Assembly: GCA_951406725.2 (NCBI GenBank)
Contig: OX597820.1
Location: forward strand, 109,864,001 to 109,928,000
Length of the DNA stretch: 64,000 nucleotides
From: Octopus vulgaris
Lineage: Eukaryota
Direction: 5' to 3'
Each line of letters begins with the position of its first letter. The stretch's first letter is position 1. Below, in pieces: positions 14,101 through 28,184 of this stretch. A model generated the notes under the pieces. The model was not told where the DNA came from and did not search any database. It worked only from the letters and a program-made list of their open reading frames with translations. A program made the position numbers and the translations under genes.

Positions 14101-15446
14101 CCTAACTAGCAGGACCCATGAATATTTCACAGAAGTAATGGTAAACCTATTGGGTTATTTCTGGAAACTTTATCTAAAAAACCTGTAGCCTGTGTTGTAT
14201 CTGTATGAAAAGATAGTTGCTCATCTGCTACTCATTGAAAAGTGAAGGAAACTGGAATACGATTACTTAATGCACTTTATATACTTAATGCACAATTTTA
14301 TAGACTTAATGCATAACACTCATAAAATAAATATTCACTCTTATTTTTCCATTTCACCCATAAACAAAGAAAAATATTCTGTACATGATACAACTTTTAG
14401 TTAAATTGCCTATATTCACCATATAAATAAGCATGAATATTTCATGGAATTGCACTTAAGTGTATGCATTAAATGATATAAAAAATTTAGTTCAATAAAA
14501 AACAAAAAAAATACACTTTTCATTATCCATGCACCACCACTACCTCATCTTCCCTTCTCTCTGCCTTTCTTTAACATCACCCCTCTGCGAAAATTATATT
14601 TCTAACTCTTTTTCTACATCACTACCACCTACAACTAACTTTTTTAACCACATAATAAATATTACACTCCCCTACCACACGTCATGGATGCTCTTTTTCT
14701 CTCTCCTTTCTGTCTCGCTCTTCACCTTATCCTCTTTTTCTTTCACCTCTCATTCCCTTCAACTAATCACTTGAAAGTATTACAATTACATTCATGGATG
14801 CTTCTCTCTCTCCCTTCTTCTCTCGCCCACTTTTCATTCTCTCTCTCTTTCTCTAATCACGTAAAAGCCAAATAACATAATGACAAGCAAATTTATTATA
14901 AGATCTTTGCAGCTGTAATTGAATAATGACCAGGCTGAGCTTGTGTCATGGTAAGACTTGCTGTCAGAGAACTTTACTTGAGGATTAGTTTCATTAATGC
15001 AGTTGTAATAACACTTTATCTGGCATTGAACCCAGGGCTGTAGCATTATGATGTCAAACACCAATGTTTTTATCCCACATCTGGGAGCCTGCCAGCCAAT
15101 GCTAAAAAGGCTCTGCTTCCCTTTGTGGTAGGTCTAACCCTGCCAAGGGCAACCTTAGTGTATGGTCTCAGGCTATTGGTTACTCTCATGAATTGGTAGT
15201 ATAGTGTATGATACTAACAATGGCATTGCCAGCAACAACAAAAAATGCTGTTTAGATAGTTTCTGAGCAAGCTCATCCACTTTTTAACAGGTTTATTACA
15301 CTCCACCTTTGACAGATTTATTACTGTTATTATGGAGAATTAAATTACATACAATATAAATTTGAGTGTTATAGTTTCAGTAGTAGAAGATAAGCATCTC
15401 AATGTGACTTAGTTTAATAATTTAACTTGTTCTTGTCTAATTTTAG

Positions 15447-15577
15447 AGCTCTGCCAAGACCTTAACAAATGCTGACCGTGCATCTCTGTTTTTGGTGGAC
15501 ATGCAACGTAAAGAATTATTTTCCCGAATATTTGATGCAGGTTCAGATCCAGAAAAATACATGTCAAATGATATCAG
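15447..15577 (+). CDS. PDE10A: PDE10A-like GAF-B exon (SSAKTLTNADRASLFLVDMQRKELFSRIFDAGSDPEKYMSNDI-R)
   Basis: ttttAG acceptor and GTTATT donor. Matches AKNLVNADRCALFQVD..KELYS.LFD.G...EIR. Confidence 0.93.
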
Positions 15578-16849
15578 GTTATTTGCAAGTTATATTTGTT
15601 TGATAATTGTATTGAATCTAAAATCATATGAAGAAATGAAAATAGTATCATCATGAATGATTGAGAGCATTTAAAATCTATATTGTCACTTTTGTATTTC
15701 TTGATGGTATTGTACACTATAAAGTGACAAGTTTCAAGGTATTTCTACAACTTGGTCACTGACAAGATTCCACTGAAGTTGAACTGTCAGCAACCAGGTC
15801 ATAGAGGGATGACAAAACTTGATGCTTTAGCTGCCAATACTATCAAGAAATATAGAACAGTTTAAGTGTTTTAGATATAACTGTGTTTGTATTTTAAATG
15901 GTCACAATGACTTCTATGATGTAATTGATGTCAAGTAAATACTTAAAAAAGAATAAAAGAATTAGAGAGCAAATGGGTTGATAACTGAGTAATCTGTGAA
16001 GAATTGAAGAGATTGACAGCAGAATGATGATGAGTAATGTCTAGAGTAATGAGAGAGTAAGAGTATGAGAGTCTCTGTAGTGTCCTAGTCTATAATGTGT
16101 CTGATTCCCATCTGTGACTACCCTTCAACCTTGTACCTGCAAGTCTCACTTCATTCTTGGGAGAGATGGTAACTCACTTCACATATGAGTAGAAGCCTAA
16201 AGCAGCAATTCATTCACAAAAAGGACAGACCCCTGCCAGAATGGATATTTACAAGTATCAACCGCAGTGCTTAAAATTGTATTTCAAATTCTACCAATTA
16301 ATATATTCCCCTTTACATGATAAGATGGGTTGACCAAACCACTCAAAGAGCAACTTTGACCCAGGATCTTCTCTGATGTTTGTTTCAGGGCTAAAGGTCC
16401 AATTGTATCCGCTCTTAACAGTTTTAAGCAGATTAATAGCACTGACCTCCAAAAAACTGTTTTAGTTGACAGATAGGTGTCAAATAATGGGAAAGAGTTG
16501 ACCACAGTAGAAAAATGAATTAAAAAAACATTTAAATAGAATGGCTAAATTAAGAGTTAAATGAAAAGTATTTTAATAATGCTTTCTAAAATAACGTCAC
16601 ATTTCAGAAGGAGATTCAAAGTAAATACTAATAACTTGCAGATACATGGTATTTCGTTATGCCACCATAATATACTATACTACTCATGTAAATATAAAAA
16701 AATGCTAATAGTTAGAGACCAAGTTTCAAAACTCTTACCGCAGTAGAATAAAATGAAGGCAAAACAGTTTCAAGATTTTGTAATCAATGTAGTTAAAAAA
16801 AATCTGTTGTTACATAACACTTTTGGTTAAGTGAAAAAATATGGTCATT

Positions 16850-19595
16850 AACTGAAATAGACATGTAGGAGTAAGTTGGCAGTTGAATTTTTTTGATTTG
16901 GTTCCCACAATGTGAACGGAACCAAGCTGCTGAAGTTCTGTGACGCAAATTATCTTATGATCTGCAATACTAACTTCAGGAAATCTGTCAATCACCTGTT
17001 CACCTAGCAATCCAGTGGTAGGAAATGAGAAAGATGGCTAAATGCCAAAACTTTCCCAGTTGAAGAATGCACCCCACCAACATAGATCAGTTGTTAGTAA
17101 CTTCAGGATCAGGGATAAATGGTTGCCCAGAAGATGACCATTGTGGAAAAGAAAGGTCTGGAAGCTTAAGGATCCTCTAAATGGACAGAGATTTAAAGAC
17201 GTATTACATGAAGATTTTTACGGAAAGGAGGACAACTGGAGATTCCTATGAGACAATCTGTTGCGGGTTACTGACCAGATCTGTGGCTGATGCAAAGTCC
17301 CCTCTCAACCTAAGGTAACATGGTGGTGGAACAATATAGTTGACAGGGCCATTAGAGAAAAGAAATGGGCCTGGAAATATGGTAGTAGGGAACTGTATCA
17401 GATATCCAGAAGGAAAGCAAGGAAACAGATATACTTGGCCAGAGGGAAGTAGAAAAGAAGAGCTTTGCTATTGTTCCGCATCGTGAGGACCAGAGACTTG
17501 AAGTGTTTTGAATTGCAAGACAACGTGTGAGAGAAAATCATGATGTCATAGGAGAGAAGTGTGTCCACATGGATGATGGCTCACTTGCATTTTATGATGC
17601 TGCAAAGAAAGAGGCTTGGAAACACCACTATGAAGAGAATAATTGGGAGAAAGAGAGTCTGCCAAATGTTGACCCAACTAAGGGACCAGCTATCCGAATC
17701 AACAGTACTTTGGTAGATAAAGTAATTAAGGATATGAAGACTGAGAAAGCTCCCGACCCTTCAGGAATCACTGTTGAGATGCTTAAAATATCTGATGGTG
17801 TAGGCTATGGTCTAGTCACCTGTATAGTTAACCATATGGTACATGAAGGAGTCATACCCAATGACTGGTGTAGCAACAACATTCTCAAATGTTACAAAGA
17901 TAAAGATGATGCCTTAGAAATAATTACAGAGGTATCAAATTGTTGGATCAGGTGATGAAAGTTATGGAGAGGGTCATAAGCCCAACTAATTAGGGAAAAA
18001 GTTAGTTTAGATAAGATTCAATTTGGTTTTGTGCCAGAGAGATGCACCACTGATGCTATATTTCTGGTAAGACCTAGCCAAAGAAATCTGTTCTTGGCTT
18101 TTCTTGACATGGAGAAAGCCTTTGACTGGCCGCCCCCGCACCGATCCTTTATCTAGTGGTCAATGCAGAAACTAGGGATTGATGAGTGGTTGGTGACAGC
18201 TGTACAAGCCATATACAGGGATGTTGTCAGTAAGGTGAGGGTTTGTAACAGGTATAGTGAAGAATTCATAGTACAAGTAGTGGGTTCAACAAGGATCAGT
18301 CCTCAGCCCTCTTTTGTTCATCATAGTCCTCCAGACAATATCAGAGGAATTCAAGATAGGCTACCCCTGAGAGCTCCACTGTGCTGATGACCTTGCTCTT
18401 ATAGATGAATCATTACCAGAACTAGAAAAGGTTTCAGGTGTTGAAGCAAGGTCTAGAATCGAAGGGCCTTAGAGTTAACCTAGAAAAAAAAACAAAGTCT
18501 TGATAGGAAGGCAGACAAATTACAAATCCCTTCAGGTAGATGGCCCTGCTTGTCTGTAGGAAAGACATAGGTAGAAACTCCATAAGATGTACTTGGTGTA
18601 AGCTATGGACACATAAGAGGGACAGCAATATCAGAAGAAGGTTATCAGGGAAGATAGTTTTTTTTGTGTGGAAAGTGCACAGATACAATTAACACTAAAA
18701 ATGTACAGAAAATGAATTCTATCATGTGCCAGTGGTGAAAACTAGTAGTAGTCAATAACTTCTGTTACCTAAGGAGACTAGGTCAGCAGCGGGGGTATAT
18801 GTTCCGAGAGTGTAGCTGCTAGAATACAAATAGGCTGGGCAAAGTTCAGAGAGCTCCTACTTCTGTTGGTAATAAAGGGCCTCTCGATCAGAGTGAAAGG
18901 ATGTCTGTGCAAACAGCCATGTTAAACAACAGTGAAACATGGGCTGTGACTGCCAGGGACATGCATAGGCTTGTAAGAAATGAAGCTAGTTTACTTCACT
19001 GGATGTTTAATGTCAGAGTGCATGCAAACAGAGTGTAAGCATCCTGAGAGAAAAGTTGGGCATAAGAGATATCAGATGTGATGTGCAAGAGAGACAACTG
19101 AGCTGGTATGATCATGTGATGCATATGGATGAAGAAAGCTGTATAAAGAAGAGTTGCACTCTAACAGTGGAATGAATTTGTGGAAGACATGGTATGAGGT
19201 GGTGAAACTTGTGAAGACCTGTTGAGCTGAGTGAAATCATAGTTGTCATTGATGCCTGTGTCATCTGAGCAGCACCTGAGCCTGTGGCACATAAAAATTA
19301 CTGTTTGAGTGTTGGACCTCATGGAGGCAATGGCAGGTGACCAAGACCTTTGGCAATATAACATGGTGTGTAGATCTGTCAAGCCAAGTAAGACCATAGT
19401 TGTGGCTGATGTCGGTGTCAGGGCAATGATGTCTTGGCATGCGAGAAACATCTACTACACTCTTAGAGTGGTTGGCATTAGGAAAAGCATCCAAGCTTTG
19501 CCAAATCAGAGTGGAACCTGGTGCAGCTCCCTGACTTACCTGTTTTCAGTGAAACCATCCAACCCATGCCAGCATGGAAAATGAATGTTAAATGA
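16850..19595 (+). mobile_element. RTE-clade LINE, decayed copy (same family as 31830-34337)
   Basis: RENHDVIGEKCV, EGVIPNDW, LGIDEWLV, Cys-rich insert and the shared 3' end. Many stops, frameshifts and CpG-to-TpG changes. Confidence 0.88.
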
Positions 19596-20325
19596 GGACA
19601 TAAAAGTACTTCAACAATTTATGCTAACCTACTGATAAATACAGAAGCCCCCACTCCATTTATTTACCCATACAATTATGAAGTTTGTAATGGTATTAAT
19701 TCTAGATCTATATTGACAATTTTTTTTTTTTTGCAAGAACAGTATCATGGCCTACATTATTCAAAATGCCCCTTTTTAAAAACAGTAATGTAGCAAGATT
19801 TGACAGCCAAGTGATTGAATACAAGTTTTCTTGATGTTGCTGGTTTTCAATGATTATCTTTACTTCCCAGCAGCTTCATTGAGCTGACCTGAATCATATG
19901 TATTCCAGCTAGGACATACGGTCTTGTTTTGTGGTGACCACAATATCTAGGATTATATTATCCTGCATGTCCTCTTGTACATAGATGGATGGACCTTTAG
20001 AGATTTGACTGTAATTTATAGCAGATCAAGTAGCCAAGTAGGTTTCGTTCATTGTCTCATGAAGTCCAGGATTTTTAGAAGATGACAATGTGTATTGTAT
20101 TGGGTATATTTTGAAATATATTTGTGACACACACGAAGTCCCTTCAGCTGAAACTGAGCCCACTATAAAACAATGCCATTCTTAATGAGTTGTAGGTTCA
20201 TGGTATTTTGTTATGTGGAGATAACCATAACAAATAATGCAAAATTGCACTAACAATGACTATACACTATAAATAGTGGCTATTTAAGCAGTGTGCTTGA
20301 GAATGATTAATGGGTTAGATGGTTG

Positions 20326-20360
20326 CTGATGAAGGGGCAAAATCCCCTGAAATATGGCAG
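20326..20360 (+). ncRNA. Degenerate minimal hammerhead-like motif (PLE relic)
   Basis: CTGATGA-AGGGG-CAAAAT-CCCCT-GAAA-TAT. Core and stem II are intact, but there is no clear NUH site or stem I. Confidence 0.35.
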
Positions 20361-21785
20361 ATATGACCATTCCCCACTTTTCATCTTTGATTTTATTGTT
20401 GACATTTGATGTTTCATATACAGAACATAGTAACAAAAATCAGTGCTGGCTATAGAATATCTGCACAGATAACCTTAAATAAAGTACCATTCTTGTCATA
20501 AAATTTACATACTTCTTCACTAAAAGGATAGAGTCCAGATGGGAAAGGAATCGATAAGATATCAGACAGACAGCAAGAAGTTTGACAGGATTGGCCAGGT
20601 GGTCGCAGACATAAATCAGGGACGTTAAATGTATACTGACACTACTACTATTTCTGTGTGGTGTCCTATGGTAAAGACATAGGTACTGAAATGGAATATA
20701 GTTCATTGTGTTTCATTAGCTTTTCAATGTTAAGTTCAATTCTTTTTAAGGGACAGGAGAAAGTAGGAGCTAGACATATTAGTCTGAGGCAAGAAACTAA
20801 ATCCTTAGTAACCCACTCAATGGTATCATGAGTACTAGAGAAAACTCTTCCTTAGATTTGGAGGAAGTATTTAAGCCTTTACAGAGAAAGTGAATTAGCA
20901 ATAAATTGCTCAGATTAAAAACAAATGAAATTTCAGTTCCTGGGACAGCATTTCTATCCTGTGGCATTTATAAATGTTAGTCTTTTGGATGGAGCCAACT
21001 GATGTAGTGAAACCAATCAGTGTATTAGGGTTGGTTTTAATACAAAAAAATGAATGATTCAAATTCAGACATTAGAAAGATGAAACTATGATGGTCTTCA
21101 CAAAACATCACTATAAACACAAATTGACAAAATTGATAAAATGACAGACAGAATGCCTTCTGGTATCATATCTCCTCTTTACATTGTGAGGTCATTAGTA
21201 TAAAAGGCAAGGATGAGAAAATAAGTACGAGTAAGCGTAGGCAATCAGTACAATCAACTATCTCCATCCCCCAAAGCAACACTTCAGAGATCTTAATATT
21301 TATTTCATTGAATCTGCCCCTCCATTCACAAACTTCACAATGTAAGAAATTGAAATTATCTTCAAAGCTGCAGGAATGAAAGAAATTGATTATAGTAGCT
21401 TTCTGTATTTAGTTCAAATCTACATTGACCTTTGATGATTCATAAAATTAGTCACAGGTTGATTTGTTACCAACAAAGGTGTCTTATTAAAAAGTAAAAA
21501 TGTTAGAAGCCAACAGTATATCAAGTATGTACACTTATTTTCAATGTGAGAAAAAGTACTCCAGGCATATCACTGGTCTGATGAACCTTTATGTCTAAAA
21601 TTTGTCTCAGCAGTTCAAGTTTTTGTTAGATCAATTAGTCTCTGCAGCACTAGAAATATTTAAAATTTAATCTTAAAATTAAATGATTTGTTATAGGTTA
21701 TACAATTAGATAAATATTTACACTTAAACTTCGAAAGACATTATGGAAGTGTATACAGTTTGAACAAATATTTTGCTCATTTCAG

Positions 21786-21878
21786 ATTTTCTATCAATAA
21801 AGGTGTTGCAGGATACGTTGCCTCAACTGGGGAAATATTAAATATACCAGATGCTTACCAAGATTCAAGATTTAACAG
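21786..21878 (+). CDS. PDE10A: PDE10A-like GAF-B exon ((R)[31 protein letters not shown])
   Basis: ttcAG acceptor and GTAAAT donor. Classic GAF motif KGIAG.VA.TGE.LNIPDAY.D.RFN. Confidence 0.95.
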
Positions 21879-22014
21879 GTAAATAATTCAAAGTTCATTA
21901 GAATTTAGTATACAGCTCTCTTCCTTACAAAAAATTAATTTCTCGATCAGCCGTTCGAAGAGAAAAGATCCTGAAATTCTTTCCACCAGAATCATAGACC
22001 TTGATTAAAAAAAC

Positions 22015-22343
22015 AAAAACACATGGTTTTGTGGTAAGAAGTTTGCTTCCCAACGACATGGTTCCATTGCGTCGAGTGGCACCTTAGGCAAGTATCTGCC
22101 ACTATGACTTCAAGCCGACCAAAGCCTTGTAAGTGGATTTGGTAGACGGAAACTGAACGAAGGTTGTGAGTGTGTGACCACCGCTTGACACCCGATGGTG
22201 TATTAACGTCTCCGTAACTTAGCGGTTCGGCAAAAGTATCTGATAAGAATAAGTAACAGTAAAAAGTACTAGTCATTTCATTCGACTAAAAATTTAAGAT
22301 GGTGCCCTAGCATGATCGCAGTCTAATGACTGAAGTAAAAGAT

Positions 22344-22377
<34 letters not shown>
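22015..22377 (+). mobile_element. tRNA-derived SINE with poly(A) tail
   Basis: tRNA-like head, body shared with other SINE copies (gccttgtaagtggatttggtagacggaaactgaa; ggtgccctagcatg), and an A-run at ~22352-22377. Confidence 0.75.
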
Positions 22378-22379
<2 letters not shown>

Positions 22380-23689
22380 GCATGAACCGTTTGCTGTTAA
22401 ACGCTAGAAAGACAAGACTTCAGAACCAACTTTAATTCTAAATTTGAATGCCAACTGGAATTCATGTCTGATGATAAATTTTCCAGTCAATGAATAGGTA
22501 CTCTATTTGAATCATTATAGAACTTCAATTCCAAGAGCATTTCTTACTTAATGTTGATGTCATTTTACTTCGATTCCGATTCTCATTTGCTTTGTCCAAA
22601 ATAGTATACATCTTAGTCATAAAATTCAAATTTAAGATCTCTTGTAAAAACTTTAAAAAAAAAATTTTCTTAAACAATTGCATCGCTTTAATCGATATAG
22701 TTACATAGTGACTTTTTAAATTTCAAAAGCCCGAAGTAAATTTGCAAATTAAAACAATTATTGGTGACCGGAAGGGAAACTCGATTAGCGATGGCCGAAG
22801 ACAAAGTAAAAAAAAAACCCAAAAAACATAAGAAAAGGCTTATATATAATTTTACTTAAACATAACTGAAGCTACGTCAATAAAACTGGTAATAAAATTG
22901 AATTACATAAATATAAAACAAATGGTCTTCCTCACTTCTACGAGAAGAATCAGAGGAAACCGACATGGCAGGAACCAGTTTACATAACCGAGCAGTTTAA
23001 TGAACTACCAAAACATTTGTATAAAATTTTTATAAAAATTTAAATAGGTAGCATTGAAACTCCAGTTTAATCTAAAATTTAATTTTGGAATAAAGTTTTG
23101 AAATATATTTATACAATAATTTTTTTTTAAAAAGGGGAAAAATCCATGGATAATTCGTTCCACTTTACATAAAGTTTTATATACAAATTGTGGATTCAAT
23201 CAATTTAAATTGCATTAGAAAGGCTAACTGTTTATATAGAATTAATAAAATATTGAATCTACAAAAGCTGCCAACAAAATTAAATTAAAAATTAATGATC
23301 GGATCTCCCGATGTCAAACTTTAAGGTTGTAGCAGAAGTTGTAAAACCTGGTTAACCAACCTGCTTTTCTTTTTATGACAAAATATATTTGAAACCAGTA
23401 CAAGGTGAAGAAAAGTGGATATTTGGTAAAGATATTTATAAATGTAAGTGATGAAGTGCGTAAAGTTAATAAATCCAAGCAGGACAACGTGATACGTTTG
23501 ACATTAGTAGTCATTGATCGAGATGGTGAATCAATCTATCGATTTTTAGCGTTAAATAATGGTAATTTTCAACAGTTGTCAAGTGATCCTCCATCAATTA
23601 CAAAATCTGAGAGAAATCTCCAGGTTTATTGTAATTATTTTCATTTTTAAATCTCTAAATGTTAAGCGTGCTATAAATCGACCCAACTA

Positions 23690-24619
23690 TTAATAACCAC
23701 CGGGTAACCGGCAAAAAAACGTATCGTTCCAATTCATAGGGTAATGGTCAATCGCAGAATATTCCTGCTGCTCAGTAAAATAATCGAGATTACTGTCATG
23801 ACTTTGATTACTATAAGGAGTAGCGACAAATGGAATCTTTGGAGTTAAGTAATGAAAATTTTGTGGATAAAACAGTGGTAGATAAGAGGGATTACTCTGT
23901 ATATTATCTGTTTGCGGGTTATAATTATCTTCTGGTGGTGACTGATATTGAAAATTGGGGTTGCTTTCATCTCCAGGATTCACATAGGAACCAGGTTTAT
24001 TTGGAAGATATGGCTGGTAAGTAGTACGAAGAAAACTTGACGGAAGGAGCGTGGGATTTTTAGGTGTAGTATTTTTAGAATACAACTTCTTTCTTGTTGC
24101 ACGAGTTACAACAATTTGTCTTCCATCTACTTGAATTTTACTGTGTAAAACACATTTATCCACAGAATCGATGTCGTCAAAGCAGAGAAAGACAAAGCCC
24201 GTGTATTTACCAGCATGGTTTATTACCCACTCCAGTTTTTGTACAGAGCCGTAATTGGAGAAAACTTTCCAAATCTCTTCTTCACGAATGTCTTTCCTAA
24301 ATCTTCCAGCATAAATTTCCATAATATTCCGTAATTCACCAGGGTTCTTATAATACGGCATGGCTCGCCTTGTTTCTACACATCGATTATCTATGATGTG
24401 AGGCCGACTGGATTGTATTTCGTCCAAAGTGGAAGCTTCCTTAAATACAAGAAAACTGAAACCTTTTGATACCCCCGTTGCTGAATTTCTTACAACAACA
24501 CAGTCAAGCACTTTACCCCATTGTTCGAAGTAAGTCTTCAATGAAATTTCATTTGTTTCTCGACTAAGACCTCCAACGAACAATTTGCGGTATTTCTTTG
24601 CCTCCATTCTGATCTCCAT
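23690..24619 (-). CDS. Intronless hnRNP A1/A2-like two-RRM RNA-binding protein (probable retrogene) nested antisense in the PDE10 intron; 309 aa from the first ATG
   Basis: RRM1: RKLFVGGLS.ET....L..YFEQWG...DCVV.R..TGVSKGFSF...RPHIIDNRCVETRRA. RRM2: F..YG.V...GFVFLCFDDIDSVDK. Reading frame is uninterrupted. AATAAA on the - strand at 23625-23630. Confidence 0.85.
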   Translation of the reverse strand: MEIRMEAKKYRKLFVGGLSRETNEISLKTYFEQWGKVLDCVVVRNSATGVSKGFSFLVFKEASTLDEIQSSRPHIIDNRCVETRRAMPYYKNPGELRNIMEIYAGRFRKDIREEEIWKVFSNYGSVQKLEWVINHAGKYTGFVFLCFDDIDSVDKCVLHSKIQVDGRQIVVTRATRKKLYSKNTTPKNPTLLPSSFLRTTYQPYLPNKPGSYVNPGDESNPNFQYQSPPEDNYNPQTDNIQSNPSYLPLFYPQNFHYLTPKIPFVATPYSNQSHDSNLDYFTEQQEYSAIDHYPMNWNDTFFCRLPGGY

Positions 24620-26683
24620 TACAGCCAAAATAAAAAAAAATCCACCCAGTTTCTTCTTCACAGGTTCTCAGTACTTTGATTATATCCCCGTTTATGACTT
24701 CATATATGACCATTTCTTAGAAGAAATAATCTGGATTAGTCAATTATTCTTTGATTAATCAAAAGTCTAATTGAATGATATTTCTAGCTACAATCCAGTG
24801 GTTGTGGTTTCGATTCTGACTTGCGTCAACAACATGGATTTAACGTTTAAAGCAAAAAAGAAAGAGGTTGATGCAATGACGAACGCGAACGAAATATGAA
24901 CGACTGAAAGTTGATCTAATGTTATACTAACTTGATATAATATCACAGAGGAGTTAATTTTCAGATGATCTCCATCCCTTGGTTACACGAATCTGCAACT
25001 AATTTCGCTTATTCCTCAAAAGAAAATATATATGAAAGTCACTTAAGCTCATTCCTGCTCCTGTTGAAATACATTGGGTAAAAGACTGTGAAAGACTTCA
25101 TTTATCAAAGAAAAAGGTATGTGGAGTAGCAGAAATAGTAGAAATGTTACAGCTTTCTATTTTGTTTGTATTTAGTCGCCGGGTCAGTCCTGACAGCGTA
25201 CAGCTGTGACCATTCAAAGCAATGTAGGACACTATTATCTGATGTGGCTTTCAAGACATTAGAATACAGATATTTGGTTACAATTTCTAATAGATTAAGC
25301 GGTCGCATAGAGGCTCCACAGTCTTAGTTTTGACTATGTTCTGAAGTTCTGAGTTCAGATCTTTCGAGGGTGAAGTATGTGCGCGCGCGCGCGTGTGGAT
25401 TTTTCTTCTCTCGTAATGATTTAGGAGTTGAAGTAGCGTTGGTTCCAAATGAGTCAGGTATAACAGCGAAAAGAAAAGAGTACAAAAGTTGTAATTGATT
25501 GCCACACTTTATTCAAACGGCTAAATGAAAGTACAGCGGAAGATAGTACACATTGAATGATACTGTCAAAAAATATACATATTGGTTTCTCAAGCAGTTG
25601 GAACTTGGTGATGTGTGCTTGACGAAGCAAAAGCGCGTCAATGCTCTCCGCTGAATAACTCTCCTCACCCCATACCGAGATCCGAACTCAATCGCACTTC
25701 CCACCTTACTGAAGAATAGCAGTGTTCCTACGCGGCGATTGTTGTTTATTCTCTACCTTAAGCTTTCTCTTTAGTTATATTATTTATTTAGGCTTTCCTC
25801 TGAGTAAGGGAAAATATAAAGATTTATCATCACTTATACTACAGTGTTATCATTGTATTTTTAACCCTAACTGCAGTTGTAACGTCATATAGACATATAC
25901 GCATGGAACGCTAACTCAACGACCATGTATGTTGAATATTTTACCTATTTGGTAAAATTACAGATTAACACCCGCACGATTTTCACTAACAAAAAAAAAA
26001 AACTCGGAATTTTTGCGTGGAATCAAGTACCCTGACCTCCTAATATGCTGCAAATCCCATATTTTGGTCCGGAATTGCTCCGGAAAGGGGGGGGTGTTAC
26101 CCCCCCCCGGAATTTTCACATGGAAAAAAAAAATCAGATTTTTTGCGTGGAATCAAGTAACCTGACCTCCTAATATGCTGCAAATCCCATATTTTGGTCC
26201 GGAATTGGTCCGGAAAGGGGGGGTAACCCCCTTCCCCCGGAATTTTCACAAGGAAAAAAAAATAATATATCAATAATTTAGAAAAGAAACATTTCTAGAA
26301 AATAGTAAATTGAAGTGTGAACAAATTATTGATATATTATTGCGCAAAAGAAGATTTGGCACACTGTTATGCTATTAGCTGTCAGAAGTGAAAGTCGTCA
26401 ACTTCGTGTATTTACGTCAGGTTCGCTGTTAGGTTTATAAAACAATTGAAGTTCAGTTTAAAGTTTATAAATAAATACATTTCATTCCATGTTCTGTTTA
26501 AACTTTATAAATAAATATATTCTTGCAGTGTGTGTATATGTGGCTATATGTCTGACTAATGTGTGTGTCTGTATTTATTGTATGTGTGTATAAGTAGTTA
26601 TATGCTTATATTATCCATTATAGTAATATTTGTCTGTTGAAACCTGTTTTAAGGCGGTCAATAGTTTAATTAAAGATGTATCT

Positions 26684-26735
<52 letters not shown>

Positions 26736-27143
26736 GTGTATATATACATGTGTATACATATATATATAAATATATATATATATACATATGTATATATATA
26801 AAAAAAGAGAGATCAGAAGCAAAAATTAGAAACTGAAACCACACAGCGTAATTCAAACATTCAACTGGCTCGAGGAACCCCTGTGCAATAATTTAATAGT
26901 CTTATGCACACATATCTGCACAGGAGAATTAAAAATTACTGCCGATTTTAGCAGTTTTGCAACTTCTTGCGGAACCCTGGTCTAGTATAACAGTATGTTT
27001 TGCTGAGAATTAATCCATTTTTTTGACAGCAAGAGGTAAGTAGCAGTTTGTCTGAATTTTATCCATTACATTATCCATTATAGTAATATTTGTCTGTTGA
27101 AACCCGTTTTAAGGCGGTCAATAGTTTAATTAAAGATGTGTCT

Positions 27144-27189
<46 letters not shown>

Positions 27190-27288
27190 GTGTATATATA
27201 TATGTTTATATATATATATACATGTATGTATATATATATATTTATATATATATATATACGTGTGTATATATATATATATATATTTATT

Positions 27289-27625
27289 TGGCTCAGTGGT
27301 TAGAGCGTCGAGCTTACGATCGTGAGGTTGTGAGCTCGAATCCCGGACCGGGCTGCGTGTTGTGTTCTTGAGCAAAGCACTTTATTTCACGTTGCTCCAG
27401 TTCACTCAGCTGTAGAAATGAGTTGCGACGTCACTGGTGCCAAGCTGTATCGACCTTCGTCTTTCCCTTGAATAACACTGGTGGCGTGGAGAGGGGAGGC
27501 TGGTATGCATGGGCGACTGCTGGTCTTCCATAAACAACCTTGCCCGGACTTGTGTCTAGGAGGGTAACTTTCTAGGTGCAATCCCATGGTCATTCATGAC
27601 CGAAGGGGGTCTTTACCCTTTACCT
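27289..27625 (+). mobile_element. tRNA-derived SINE inserted in a (TA)n tract
   Basis: A box TGGCTCAGTGG, B-box-like GCTCGAATCCC, a body containing 'gtgttcttgagcaaagcactttatt', and a (CTTTACC)-like tail. Confidence 0.75.
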
Positions 27626-28184
27626 TTTATATACGTGTGTATATATATATATTTATATATATATATATACATGTGTATATATATATATTTATATATATAT
27701 ATATACATGTGTATATATATATATTTATATATATATATATACGTGTGTATATATATATATATATTTTATATATATATATACATGTGTATATATATATATA
27801 TTTATATATATATACATCTGTATATATATATACATGTGTATATATATATATTTATATATCTTTAAAATGAAGCTGGATCTCTTCCTGTCAGGTATCCCAG
27901 ATGAACCAACTTCACGGCAGGAGGGGCAGATAAGGGCAGCTGCATCGAACAGTTGCTAGAAATGACAGTTGCTAGAAAGCCTTCATGAAGTGAAACCAAG
28001 TAGCAACACCAAATGGCGGTGCCCCAGCATGGCCACAGCTCATAAGCTGAAACTAGAATCAATCAATCAATCAATCATGTATACACATGTATATATACAC
28101 CTGTATATATATATATATATTTATATATATATGTATACACATGTATATATACACCTGTATATAAATATATATATATACACATGT

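Noticed and set aside
24620-24661. GTG-initiated N-terminal extension of the hnRNP-like ORF
   Set aside because: Eukaryotic context and a T-run-derived peptide. The ATG at 24619 (or 24607) is the plausible start.
27289-27355. tRNA gene
   Set aside because: A and B boxes are present, but there is no paired acceptor or anticodon stem, and the sequence continues into a SINE body.
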